A DNA stretch of 64,000 bases from Desulfovibrionaceae bacterium (GCA_963654755.1 CAVKBG010000001.1:8426-72425); one strand, 5' to 3'. Positions 38,439-48,467 are shown, numbered from the stretch's first letter. Made by a program: numbers and translations. Notes: generated by a model not told the origin, from the letters alone.

Positions 38439-39922
38439 TTTATTCAAAAGAAATATCCGAAGCAAAAAACGGAAGCAAAATTCCATTATTTAAAAATGGC
38501 AAGCCGGCAAATTCAAAATACAATCCTGACGCAGAACAAATTTTATTCGAATCTTCTCCGCAGGGATGCATCATAGTTGCAGGAATTGCAGGCGGATTCC
38601 ATATAGAAAAACTTCTTAACGAAAAAAATATTTCTCTTATAATTGCAATTGAAGCAGATTCTGAAAGCCTTGAATTTTGCAAGCAATTTTCTTCCGTAAA
38701 AAAAATATCAGAATGCAAAAAAGCAATACTATGCGACAAATCGAATCTTGAAAAAATTCTTTTCACAAAATATTTTCCTGCGATTTACAAAAACCTAACG
38801 TTGGTTTTTCACAGAGCCTGGAAAAATGAAAATCCTCAGATAGCTCAAGAGATTTCTTTAATTGCAAAAAACTTCCTTGAAAAAATTTCAGCGGACTATT
38901 CTGTTCAGGCGCACTTTGGAAAATTATGGCAAAGAAATATTTTGTTAAACTTAAAATTTATTTCAGAACATAGAAATGAAAATTTTTTTTCAGCAAAACT
39001 TGAACAAGATAAAATAAAAAAAACAGCCGCAATAGTGGCCGCAGGTCCAACACTGGATTTTTCAATAGAAGAAATAAAACACGGAGATTTTTTTGTAATT
39101 TCAACTGATACAGCATTTGGCACGCTTCTTCAAAATTCCATAATCCCAGATGCCGTTATAAATATTGACGCGCAGCACATTTCTTCCGAGCATTTTTTCT
39201 GCACAAAAGAAGAAACAAAAACAACTTTCATTTTTGACTTATGTTCAAATCCCGAATCTGTAAATTTTGTATATAATAAAAAAAACAAAATTCAGTTTTG
39301 CATAAACCAGCATCCCCTTTCTCTCCTTGCCACAAAAAATCTGGAGATAGAAAAAATTGAATCGGGAGCGGGAACTATAACAATTGCGGCGGCGGACTGG
39401 GCAAAAAACTGCGGATTTCAAAAGATGAAATTCTTCGGAGCAGATTTTTCATACAGTTTTGGAAAACCATACACGAAAGGAACTTATCTTGAAAAACAAT
39501 TTTTTTCAAAATCAAACAGAATAATTTCCGCGGAAGAAAAATACGCAGCCTTAATGTTCAGAACAGAACTAGAAAAAATTCAAGGGCAAAAAAATTCATT
39601 CACAACAGAAGTTTTAAAGAGATACAAAAAATCTCTTGAAGAATGGGCTGAAAAAAATTCATTTAAATTAAAAAATGGAATTTACATTTCAGAGAAAAAA
39701 ATAGAAACAAAAAATTTCAGCACGAAAAATAATTTCAACTATTCTGAATTTCACAGAGAGTTTACAAACGGAATCAAAGAGCTTTTAAAAAATCCTGAGC
39801 CAGAAACAATTTTGGAAAGCAACTGGGGACTTTCAATTTTGCCGCTTCTTGCTTTTTTTAAAAACAACACACTTTTTGACAGTTTAAAACTTGCATACAA
39901 TCAGGCTCTACGGTATAATTGA
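38435..39922 (+). CDS. Second Maf/DUF115 family protein
   Basis: SKYNP, IVAAGPTLD, ISTDTA, PDAVINIDAQ, GTITIAA, FGADFSY. Confidence 0.8.
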   Translation: MIYSKEISEAKNGSKIPLFKNGKPANSKYNPDAEQILFESSPQGCIIVAGIAGGFHIEKLLNEKNISLIIAIEADSESLEFCKQFSSVKKISECKKAILCDKSNLEKILFTKYFPAIYKNLTLVFHRAWKNENPQIAQEISLIAKNFLEKISADYSVQAHFGKLWQRNILLNLKFISEHRNENFFSAKLEQDKIKKTAAIVAAGPTLDFSIEEIKHGDFFVISTDTAFGTLLQNSIIPDAVINIDAQHISSEHFFCTKEETKTTFIFDLCSNPESVNFVYNKKNKIQFCINQHPLSLLATKNLEIEKIESGAGTITIAAADWAKNCGFQKMKFFGADFSYSFGKPYTKGTYLEKQFFSKSNRIISAEEKYAALMFRTELEKIQGQKNSFTTEVLKRYKKSLEEWAEKNSFKLKNGIYISEKKIETKNFSTKNNFNYSEFHREFTNGIKELLKNPEPETILESNWGLSILPLLAFFKNNTLFDSLKLAYNQALRYN

Positions 39923-39927
39923 ATACT

Positions 39928-41265
39928 ATGAGAGCAAAAAGAAATTCGATTTTTATAACAACAATTTGCGCTGTATACATTTTGTCATTGCTGGTTTTTA
40001 TTATTTCGCTTGCCGCAGAATACAAGCAAGGAGCTTTTAATTCCCAGAACAGATTCAATTCAATTACGAGGGATTTAAGCAGAATCAGCAAAAATTATGC
40101 GCCGCAAAGCAAAAAGTTTTACGATGAATTTCTTGCTTCACTCGGAAATATTTCAGATATAGCAGGGCTTCAAATCAAATATGGCGAAGAGCTGATTTTT
40201 TCTTATCCTGGAAAAATGTCGGAATTTGAAAAAATAAATTCTTCACTTGTAAAAATTTATTCAACAACAGTTTTCACAGAAAATGGAATTCCGCTTTCAC
40301 TTACATCTTCTATATACTTGCTCAAGCCAGTTTCAATTTTTTATAAAGGCCGAATTACTTTTATAGTCGTAATAATTGCAACTTTGGCAACAGCGGCATA
40401 CCTTGCGTTCTTCATAAAAAACGGAACGTTCCCAAAAGAGTCTGAAACCGATGACCTTGAGCAAACTGAATATCCAGAAATAGAATCTTACAATGATTTT
40501 TCAGAAGAAAAAGAAGAAGAGCAAAATGATGAAGAAAATGCAAGCGAGGAAACTTCAGAAAATATCATAGAACAGGAAGAAGCTCCGCAAGAGCAGCCGG
40601 AAGAAGATGTTTTGGCATTTTTAAATTCCGAGCCGGAAAAAGAAACAAATGACGAAACAGAACTTTCAGAAGACAAGAATGAAAATTCCGCGGAAGAAGA
40701 AGAGCCAGCAGGACTTTTCTGCCCTAGCACAGGATTTGGATGGGAACAATATATGCTCACACGCCTTGACAGCGAGCTTATAAGATCTGCTTCAAGTGAT
40801 CAGGACTTGTCATTGTTTACAATAAAAATAAAAGACATTGACTGGAATTCTGAATGCGGAAAAGAAATCAGCAAAACAATTCTTGAAAAAGTTAAATTCA
40901 ATGATCTTGTTTTCAATTATAAAGAAGACGGAGCAAGCGCAATTTTCCAGAATCAGAACACAGACAAATCGCTTGTGATTGCAGGAGATCTTCACACAGA
41001 AATAACTTCAGTTCTTTCAAAATACAATGAACAGCATTTTGTAGGAATAGGAATTTCGTCACGGACATTGCGCCTGATTTCCGCAACACGCCTTGCAAAC
41101 GAAAGTGAAGAAGCCTTGAACAGAGCCGACGCAGACTCACCTATAATTGCATTTAGAGTGAATCCAGAAAGATATAAAGATTTTCTAGCGTCAGAGTCAT
41201 TTCAAGAAGAAACAGCTTCTTCTGAACCAAAAGAAGTAAGTGCAGAAGAAAAACAGGAAGAATAA
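39928..41265 (+). CDS. Membrane protein with acidic linker and degenerate GGDEF-like domain
   Basis: Two TM helices and an acidic linker, then CPSTGFG...RLDSELIRS...DLSL...IGISS...EEAL..A (GGDEF fold signature without the GGDEF motif). Confidence 0.65.
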   Translation: MRAKRNSIFITTICAVYILSLLVFIISLAAEYKQGAFNSQNRFNSITRDLSRISKNYAPQSKKFYDEFLASLGNISDIAGLQIKYGEELIFSYPGKMSEFEKINSSLVKIYSTTVFTENGIPLSLTSSIYLLKPVSIFYKGRITFIVVIIATLATAAYLAFFIKNGTFPKESETDDLEQTEYPEIESYNDFSEEKEEEQNDEENASEETSENIIEQEEAPQEQPEEDVLAFLNSEPEKETNDETELSEDKNENSAEEEEPAGLFCPSTGFGWEQYMLTRLDSELIRSASSDQDLSLFTIKIKDIDWNSECGKEISKTILEKVKFNDLVFNYKEDGASAIFQNQNTDKSLVIAGDLHTEITSVLSKYNEQHFVGIGISSRTLRLISATRLANESEEALNRADADSPIIAFRVNPERYKDFLASESFQEETASSEPKEVSAEEKQEE

Positions 41266-41271
41266 AAAGGG

Positions 41272-41880
41272 TTATTCCAAATTTTCTTCCTCTACAGAAT
41301 TTGATTCTTGCACATCAGCATTTTGCTGTGGCAAAAATTCTTCTAGTTTTTTCTTTATAGTAGGAATCGCCTCTTCATCTGGAAACTTTTCTTCAAGCGC
41401 TTTAAATTTTTCATTTGCCTCTTCGTATTTTTTTTCAGAGACAAGAACCACAATAAGATTTTTCAGTATAAAAGAATCATCGGGATTATTTTCATAAAGA
41501 GAAGAATATAAATTTTCAGCTTCTTCTAAATTACCGCGCATTGCTTCTATATAAGCCAAAGAAGTTTTTAAAGTTGTGTTTTCAGAATCATTTTGCAAAA
41601 GCTGCTCAAAAGAAGTTTGGGCTTCATTCCAGTTTTTTAAGTAAACATTGCAAAGCGCAATTTCATAAAAAGCATAGTCATGCAAAGAATCTGACGGCAA
41701 AGTTTTTTTATAATATTCAATGGCTTTGCTGTAATTTTCCAAGCTTTTATAATTTTCCGCTATTGAAAAATATTCTTCAAAAAGATTTCTTTCTATAATT
41801 TTTTTTTCACAAGGAATAGAAGTTGCGCATCTGCAAAAAACAAACGGCAGCATCAAAAAAAGAAAACTTTGAATTTTCAT
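41272..41880 (-). CDS. TPR lipoprotein
   Basis: N-terminal hydrophobic stretch ending in Cys, followed by TPRs. Confidence 0.75.
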   Translation of the reverse strand: MKIQSFLFLMLPFVFCRCATSIPCEKKIIERNLFEEYFSIAENYKSLENYSKAIEYYKKTLPSDSLHDYAFYEIALCNVYLKNWNEAQTSFEQLLQNDSENTTLKTSLAYIEAMRGNLEEAENLYSSLYENNPDDSFILKNLIVVLVSEKKYEEANEKFKALEEKFPDEEAIPTIKKKLEEFLPQQNADVQESNSVEEENLE

Positions 41881-42827
41881 TTTTTCACAGATTCTTCAAT
41901 AACTTTGTCATCTACAACTTTGTAATGCTTTCCAGTAATCGGATCGCGCAAAAACAATTCTTCAATTTTATTTTCGGAAATTTCAATTCCAGAAATTTTT
42001 AAAGTAAAGTCATCAGTCTGCTCAACCGCGCCGCCCGTCATTGCAAAAGAAAGTCCCAGCAAAGAACGCAGAGCAACTACGCTTCTTTTATCCAGCAAAT
42101 GAATACTGAAAGAAAGCTCATACTTTCCAGAATATTTGGCGGAATCTTTTTTATCAGGGAAATAGCAAAGAGAACCAAAAATAGCATCCGTTCCAACATT
42201 TATGCTCTGCCCTATCAGACTTCTTAAATACTGGCCGGGCTTAGTTATGTAAAAAAGAATTTCACCTTGAGACAAATCCTGAGCAATCCAATTTTTCCAA
42301 GCAGTTTCTGGAGCAGGATTATTTTCCGCAAATTTCTTTAAAAGCAAATCAACATTTTGTGCTGCGCATACTAAATTTGAAGAAGGAAACGAAGCCTGAA
42401 ATCCGTCCGATGAGTGAGTAAACTTTTCAAATACTTTTTCATCATAAGAGACAAAAGATTTTTCCCAGCCGTTTTTCTTTGAAAGTGAAGACTGAATCAC
42501 AATGCGAGGAATCGAAGTTTCTGATACAATCTGAAGACGCGAACGGTCATCCACAGTACCAAGCCCGGCATACAAAATTTCTGTTCTTGCCGCAATAGCC
42601 TTTGCATCTTTTTCAGCAAGCCCCGAAATTCTGGAGCAAAGAATTTTCGAAACCAGCTCCTGATTTTTGCTTGCAGGAACGCTCATATAAATGCTTGAAT
42701 TTTCTTCAAGCAGAGAAAGAGGATCTACATTTTGAACTTCCATCTCCACTTTAGAAGATTTGCATCCAAAGAAAATCAACATCGCAATAAAAACAGGAAC
42801 AAGTTTCTTTTTCAAATCAGCCTCCAA
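41877..42827 (-). CDS. Lipoprotein (TP0453-like by position downstream of ileS)
   Basis: Lipobox-like IFFGC; VDPLSLL. Confidence 0.6.
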   Translation of the reverse strand: MEADLKKKLVPVFIAMLIFFGCKSSKVEMEVQNVDPLSLLEENSSIYMSVPASKNQELVSKILCSRISGLAEKDAKAIAARTEILYAGLGTVDDRSRLQIVSETSIPRIVIQSSLSKKNGWEKSFVSYDEKVFEKFTHSSDGFQASFPSSNLVCAAQNVDLLLKKFAENNPAPETAWKNWIAQDLSQGEILFYITKPGQYLRSLIGQSINVGTDAIFGSLCYFPDKKDSAKYSGKYELSFSIHLLDKRSVVALRSLLGLSFAMTGGAVEQTDDFTLKISGIEISENKIEELFLRDPITGKHYKVVDDKVIEESVKK

Positions 42828-42844
42828 CTTTCAGCAAGAAAGAA

Positions 42845-45800
42845 TTAAATTTTCTTTACAGAAACAGCCCACTTTGCATCTTCGCAGTCAATTTCAGTTC
42901 CAGAAGTATTTTCATTCCAAACAGCAGAAGACGCAAGAGTTTCTCCAGATACAAAATCCTTGAACATTTCAAATGCAGATTTCAAAACTTCAGAGCCGCC
43001 AACAGAAAGCTCAATCCGGTCTGTAACTTCAAAGCCGCTTTCTTTTCTAAGATTCTGAATTCCACGCACCAAATCGCGCACGTAGCCTTCTTTCTTTAGC
43101 TCGTCAGTAATTTTTGTATCAAGTCCGACTGTCAAAGTTCCGTCATTTATAACTTTTAAATTTTCTTTTTCAAAACGCTCAACGAGAACATTTTCCTGAT
43201 TCAAAGAAACGTCTTCACCGTCAACTTTTATAGCAACAGTTTTTCCGTCAAGAATCTGCTCAATCTGCTCAGTTGAAAGTTTTGTAATTTCAGCAGCGGC
43301 AACCTTCATTTTTCCGCCCAACTGTTTTCCAAGAACTCTGAAATTTGCCTTTGCCTTGTATTCAACAAGCTCATCCTCGCGCTCATGGAAAATTACATTT
43401 TTAACATTCAGTTCTTCGGCGATTGTGTTCTGCATATCTGAAAGAACTTTTTTCTCTTCAGCATTGCGTGTAACAAGCGCCACACTTGCAAGCGGCTGGC
43501 GGTTCTTCAAGTTAAACTGATTGCGAAGGCTTCTTCCCATTGAAACAGCTTTTTGAACGCTTGCCATTTTAAACTCAAGATCTTCGTCGCGGAATTTTTC
43601 ATTGTAAACAGGATAATCCATTAAATGAACAGATTCCTTGTCTTCAGAAGTCTTTAAGTTCTGCCACAATTCTTCAGTAAGGAATGGAATAAACGGAGCA
43701 GCAACAAGCGCAAATGTTTTCAAAGCGGAATAAAGAGCGCCGTAAGCTTCAAGCTTGTCCGCATCGCTTCCAGATTTCCAGAAACGTCTTCTGTTTCTGC
43801 GGATATACCAGTTGTTAATCTGGTCGATAAATGAAAGCATAGGATCAATTGCCGCGCTAAGGTCATAATCATCCAAGGCGGAAGAAACATCTTTTACCAT
43901 TTTCTGCGCAACGGAAAGAATCCAGCGGTCAAGAGGATTTTCAGGAAGCTTAGAATCAAATTCGTGCCCAGTGCAAGTAACTCCGTCAATATTCGCATAC
44001 TGAACAAAGAATGAATAAGAATTCCAAAGCGGAAGAATTATGCTCTTTATTACATCGCGCACGCCTTCATCCGAATAACGGATTTCATCAGCTTTTACAA
44101 CCGCCGAATGCATAAGGAAAAGACGGATTGCATCTGCGCTCAGCTTATTAATAGCTTCGTTAGGATCTGTGTAGTTTCGCAAACTCTTGGACATTTTTCG
44201 TCCGTCGCTTGCAAGAACAATTCCATTTACAATGCAGTTTTTGAATGCCGGCTTGTCAAAAAGATTTGAAGCAAGAACAGTAAGTGTATAGAACCATCCG
44301 CGTGTCTGATCAAGACCTTCGCTTATAAAATCTGCCGGGAAATGGCTTTCAAAATATTCCTTATTTTCAAAAGGATAATGCTGCTGCGCATAAGGCATTG
44401 AGCCAGATTCAAACCAGCAGTCAAAAACTTCTGGAATGCGCTTCATTGTTCCGCCGCACTTTTTGCAAGGAATAGTTATTTTATCAACAAACTGCTTATG
44501 CAAATCTTCAGGATAAACTCCGCTAAGCTCTTCAAGTTCTTTTCTTGAGCCTACACACAAAGCGTCGTTGCAGTCAGGGCATTTCCAAATTGGAATAGGA
44601 TTTCCCCAGTAGCGGTTTCGGCTGATTGCCCAGTCCCTAGCTCCAGCAAGCCATTTTCCAAAACGACCTTCTTTTATATGCGCCGGTTGCCATTTTATCT
44701 GGGAATTCGCCTTTAAAAGACGCTCATGCTCATCAGCAACTTTTACAAACCAAGAGCCGATTCCTCTGTAAATCAACGGTGAACCGCATCTCCAGCAATG
44801 CGGATACTGGTGAAGAATCTGATCGCGTTTTACAAGCTTGCCTTCTTTCTTCAAGCGATCCATTATGTCTTTGTCGCAGTCTTTTACAAAGCGTCCTGCA
44901 TAGTCAGTAACTTCTTTTGTAAATTTGCATTCAGCGTCCATCGGCTCAACAGCAGGAATTCCAGTTCCCTTGAAAACCTTAGAGTCTTCTTCACCGAACG
45001 CAGGAGCAATATGAACAATTCCAGTTCCGTCTTCTGTTGAAACATAGTCGGCATTGAACATTCTGAAAGCTCCATCGCTTCCGTCTTCTTTTACAGCCAA
45101 GTCCTTGAAGTAAGGGAAAAGCGGCTCATACTTTGCGCCAATAAAATCTTTTCCTGTTTTCTTATAAATAACTTCGTAATCAGCTTCGTTCTTGTAATAA
45201 GACGAAAGGCGGCTTTCTGCCAAAATGTAAAAGTCTCCGCTTTCCTTGTCTTTTATTTTTACATACTCGATGTCCGGTCCCATGCAAAGACCTTCATTAG
45301 AAGGAAGCGTCCAAGGAGTTGTTGTCCAGGCGAGGAAATAAGTGTTTCCGTTTTCCATTTCCGAATCTTCAAACGCAGCCGGAGCTTTTATCACTTTGAA
45401 ACGGATTGTAATCGCAGGATCCTGTTTTTCTTTGTAGCCTTGTGCAAGCTCATGCGTAGAAAGAACAGTCGCGCATCTTGGGCAATAAGGAAGAATATAC
45501 TTTCCCTCATAAATCATTCCTTTGTCCCAAAGAGATTTTGCAACCCACCAGATTGACTCCATAAAGTCAGGATTCATTGTCTTGTAGTCGTTGTCAAAAT
45601 CAACCCAGCGTCCCATGCGGGTAATTGTCTTGCGCCATTCTGAAGTGTATTTTAAAACAGAAGCGCGGCATTTATCATTGAAATTCGCAACGCCGTAAGC
45701 TTCAATTTCGTGCTTAGAGTTGATTCCAAGCTCTTTTTCTATCAGATTTTCAACAGGAAGACCATGGCAGTCCCAGCCGAACCTGCGCTCAACTTTTTTT

Positions 45801-46027
45801 CCTTTCATTGTCTGATAGCGCGGAATTATATCTTTTATTGTAGACGGAATAAAATGACCAAAATGAGGAAGTCCAGTCGCAAAAGGAGGTCCGTCATAAA
45901 AAACATATTCCTCTGCGCCTTCTCTCTGCGAAACAGACTTTTTAAAAGTTTCGTTTTCTTCCCAGAATTTTAAGATTTTTTCTTCCTGCTTCGGAAAATC
46001 AGCTTTTGAATCTACAGGATTGTACAT
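42845..46027 (-). CDS. ileS: Isoleucine--tRNA ligase (type 2)
   Basis: DGPPFATGLPHFGH, GWDCHGLP, WTTTPWTLPSN, EGLDQTRGWF, KMSKS; ATG at 46027. Confidence 0.98.
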   Translation of the reverse strand: MYNPVDSKADFPKQEEKILKFWEENETFKKSVSQREGAEEYVFYDGPPFATGLPHFGHFIPSTIKDIIPRYQTMKGKKVERRFGWDCHGLPVENLIEKELGINSKHEIEAYGVANFNDKCRASVLKYTSEWRKTITRMGRWVDFDNDYKTMNPDFMESIWWVAKSLWDKGMIYEGKYILPYCPRCATVLSTHELAQGYKEKQDPAITIRFKVIKAPAAFEDSEMENGNTYFLAWTTTPWTLPSNEGLCMGPDIEYVKIKDKESGDFYILAESRLSSYYKNEADYEVIYKKTGKDFIGAKYEPLFPYFKDLAVKEDGSDGAFRMFNADYVSTEDGTGIVHIAPAFGEEDSKVFKGTGIPAVEPMDAECKFTKEVTDYAGRFVKDCDKDIMDRLKKEGKLVKRDQILHQYPHCWRCGSPLIYRGIGSWFVKVADEHERLLKANSQIKWQPAHIKEGRFGKWLAGARDWAISRNRYWGNPIPIWKCPDCNDALCVGSRKELEELSGVYPEDLHKQFVDKITIPCKKCGGTMKRIPEVFDCWFESGSMPYAQQHYPFENKEYFESHFPADFISEGLDQTRGWFYTLTVLASNLFDKPAFKNCIVNGIVLASDGRKMSKSLRNYTDPNEAINKLSADAIRLFLMHSAVVKADEIRYSDEGVRDVIKSIILPLWNSYSFFVQYANIDGVTCTGHEFDSKLPENPLDRWILSVAQKMVKDVSSALDDYDLSAAIDPMLSFIDQINNWYIRRNRRRFWKSGSDADKLEAYGALYSALKTFALVAAPFIPFLTEELWQNLKTSEDKESVHLMDYPVYNEKFRDEDLEFKMASVQKAVSMGRSLRNQFNLKNRQPLASVALVTRNAEEKKVLSDMQNTIAEELNVKNVIFHEREDELVEYKAKANFRVLGKQLGGKMKVAAAEITKLSTEQIEQILDGKTVAIKVDGEDVSLNQENVLVERFEKENLKVINDGTLTVGLDTKITDELKKEGYVRDLVRGIQNLRKESGFEVTDRIELSVGGSEVLKSAFEMFKDFVSGETLASSAVWNENTSGTEIDCEDAKWAVSVKKI

Positions 46028-46351
46028 CGCATTCCGTCCTTTTATAAAATTATAAATAAATTTTAACACAAAATTCTTTAGCCTGAACGCAAAAAGCACC
46101 AGAACTAAAAAGAAAATATGAAGAAGTTTCAAAAATCAGACGAATTTTAAAACTCGTTTCATTATATCAAATTGAATCAAAATAATCTATAAACAAGAAA
46201 AATTCAATTGTCATTCCCATGCCTTGAGCCGAAAATGACATAAAAATACAATCAGCCGAATAGATAATTTTAACCAAAAGCACAAATATCTTTTTAATTC
46301 CTGCTAATTTCTTTATGTCGGAATTGAAATTCCAAATGTAAACTTTTTGTT

Positions 46352-46440
46352 GTGGAAATCTAAACGGAGGAAAATCCTTTTTTAAGCTGTCCAGACAACA
46401 GCTCCACTATCGGCATTGTTCTTTTCAATGCCGTTTTTTG
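46352..46440 (+). ncRNA. Candidate structured small RNA ending in an intrinsic terminator
   Basis: Two hairpins enclosed by GTGG/CCAC, then CGGCATTG-TTCTTTT-CAATGCCG-T6; no plus-strand gene upstream. Confidence 0.45.
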
Positions 46441-46444
46441 TTTT
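46411..46444 (+). terminator. Intrinsic terminator
   Basis: Perfect 8-bp stem CGGCATTG/CAATGCCG followed by TTTTTTGTTTT. Confidence 0.8.
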
Positions 46445-46455
46445 AAATCATTCTG

Positions 46456-46484
46456 TTGAATTTCAAAGGATGAACAATTATAAT
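46456..46484 (+). promoter_or_regulatory. Sigma70 promoter of the neuB-like gene (leaderless geometry)
   Basis: TTGAAT-17-TATAAT, then 7 nt to the ATG. Confidence 0.7.
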
Positions 46485-46491
46485 CAAAAGC

Positions 46492-47649
46492 ATGAAAATA
46501 ATCGCCGAAATTGGAACTGCGCACGCAGGCTCTTTAGATAAAGCACGTGAACTTATTGACGCGGCAGCTTTTGCAGGTGCGGACTGCGTGAAATTTCAAT
46601 GGGTTTATGCTGATGAGATTTTGCATCCAGACACAGGATTTGTAAATTTGCCTGGAGGAAAAACCCGGCTTTACGACACATTTAAGCAGCTTGAATGCTC
46701 TTCTGATTTCTACGAAAAATGCCTTGAATATTCACATAAAAAAGGACTTTTATTCGCCTGCTCGCCTTTTGGAACAAAATCTTTTGACGAGCTTGTAAAA
46801 CTTAATCCTGACGCTATAAAAATCGCAAGTCCGGAACTGAATCATTTTCCGCTTTTACAAAAATGCGCAGATTATTATCAAAAAATTCCAATTATTATTT
46901 CAAGCGGAGTTTCAAAATTAGGCGACATAGAAAAAGCAATTCAAGTAATCCAAAATAAAAAAGAATCTCATACAAATGAAAAAGTTTTTCCAGACTTAAC
47001 TTTGCTTCACTGCATAACTTTTTATCCTGCGCCTGAAGAACAATACAATATAAAATGTGTAAAAACGCTGCGCCAAATATTTGGAATTCCAACCGGAATA
47101 AGCGACCACAGCCTTGATCCAGTTTTAGTTCCTGTTCTTACAGTTCTTATGGGAGGAAGTGTAATTGAAAAGCACATTACGCTAAGCAAAAAAGACAGCG
47201 GGCTAGATGACCCTGTGGCTCTTGAACCTGAACAGTTTGCTGTAATGGTTCATTCAGTCAAGCAGACACTTTCAATACAAGAACGCTACAAAAAAGAAGG
47301 AAATGCTGTAAAAGAAAATTTAGAAAATGCAGCAGAAAAAGAGATTCTAAAACAGCTTGAATACGAATTTCCAAGTGAAAAAATCACAGCGGCGTTAGGA
47401 ACGGGAATAAAAAGACTTGCCGTGGCAGAAGAAGAAAACTACGGAAGAACAAACCGCTCGCTTCACTATATGCGTTCTCTAAAAAAAGGAAGCAGAATAA
47501 AGCCAGACGACATTTCAGTTTTGCGCACAGAAAAAATTCTTTCTCCCGGAATAAGCCCGGAATATTTTTCCACAATAGAAGGCTCTATATTGGAAAAAGA
47601 CGTATGCTCAGGCAATGGAGTCAAGTGGGAAGACTTTATCCAAAGATAA
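46492..47649 (+). CDS. N-acetylneuraminate/nonulosonate synthase family protein (NeuB/PseI/SpsE) with C-terminal SAF domain
   Basis: IIAEIG, GADCVKFQ, KIASPE, LLHCITFYPAP, GISDHS, IEKHITL. Confidence 0.92.
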   Translation: MKIIAEIGTAHAGSLDKARELIDAAAFAGADCVKFQWVYADEILHPDTGFVNLPGGKTRLYDTFKQLECSSDFYEKCLEYSHKKGLLFACSPFGTKSFDELVKLNPDAIKIASPELNHFPLLQKCADYYQKIPIIISSGVSKLGDIEKAIQVIQNKKESHTNEKVFPDLTLLHCITFYPAPEEQYNIKCVKTLRQIFGIPTGISDHSLDPVLVPVLTVLMGGSVIEKHITLSKKDSGLDDPVALEPEQFAVMVHSVKQTLSIQERYKKEGNAVKENLENAAEKEILKQLEYEFPSEKITAALGTGIKRLAVAEEENYGRTNRSLHYMRSLKKGSRIKPDDISVLRTEKILSPGISPEYFSTIEGSILEKDVCSGNGVKWEDFIQR

Positions 47650-47660
47650 AAAACTGATTT

Positions 47661-48467
47661 TTACAGCACCAAATCAGAAATAATCTTAAGTCCGCGGATT
47701 GTCAAGTCTTTGTCAACAACTGTAAACACATCTGTAATTGGCTTTAGAACTTTGTTAAGTCCGCCGGTTGCAACAACTTTTACAGTTTCAGCTTTGTCGC
47801 CAGTAAGTTTTTCAAGGTCAGCCTTAACTTGACGAACTAAATATTCAACAAGACCTTTGTAACCAAGAACAACGCCTGCCTGAATTGCAGTTTCTGTATT
47901 CATTCCAAGACTTGAAGACGGAGCTTCCAAGGAAACAAACGGAAGCTGAGCCGCATTAGTCGCCAAAGCCTTTATAGCAGTTCCCAAGCCAGGTGAAATA
48001 GTAACTCCGCGGATTGTTCCGCTTGAATCAGCGACAGTTAAAGTCAAGGCAGTTCCAAAATCAACCGCAATGACAGGACCTTTGCCTTCAAACAAATTCC
48101 AGGCGCTTACTGCATTGCAAAGCAAATCTGTTCCAATATTTGTATGTGGCGAAGCTGAATCCAGTCTGACAGGAAGACGCCCGCTATAGGCAAGGTCAGA
48201 AGACAAAATAAACGGACTATTTCCGCATAAATGCTGGCAGACAACAACAAAAGGTCCAATCAAGGCAGGAACAACAGAACTTATAATGCTTTTATCAAGA
48301 AATTTTGTCTGGATTCCTGCTTCCCTGCAAAGTGTGAGCAAAATAGAAGTATATTCATCTCCTGTGCGCCTTGAATCAGTTGCAATGCGCCACTGAACGG
48401 CAATTTTATCGCCATCAAAAATAGCTGCGACAATATTTGTGTTTCCAATATCTACGGCAAAAAGCAA
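47661..48467 (-). CDS. coaX: Type III pantothenate kinase
   Basis: AVDIGNTNI, ISSVVP, IGTD, VDFGTALT, ATGG; TTG start after GGAGG. Confidence 0.93.
   Translation of the reverse strand: MLFAVDIGNTNIVAAIFDGDKIAVQWRIATDSRRTGDEYTSILLTLCREAGIQTKFLDKSIISSVVPALIGPFVVVCQHLCGNSPFILSSDLAYSGRLPVRLDSASPHTNIGTDLLCNAVSAWNLFEGKGPVIAVDFGTALTLTVADSSGTIRGVTISPGLGTAIKALATNAAQLPFVSLEAPSSSLGMNTETAIQAGVVLGYKGLVEYLVRQVKADLEKLTGDKAETVKVVATGGLNKVLKPITDVFTVVDKDLTIRGLKIISDLVL

Noticed and set aside
36933..39922. AT-rich Maf genes as a horizontally acquired island
   Set aside because: No mobility genes or flanking repeats are present, and the genes sit in continuous context with spirochaete core genes.
46028..46170. 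T-box or leader-peptide attenuator upstream of ileS, and the ORF-track N-terminal extension from 46132
   Set aside because: No T-box consensus or terminator is visible in the leader; the SD-like AAGGA and IleRS homology point to ATG 46027.
46352..46407. Purine riboswitch call for the three-stem element
   Set aside because: It lacks the conserved J2/3 (UUUCUAC) and L2 signatures, and the downstream gene has its own promoter; kept only as an unknown RNA candidate.
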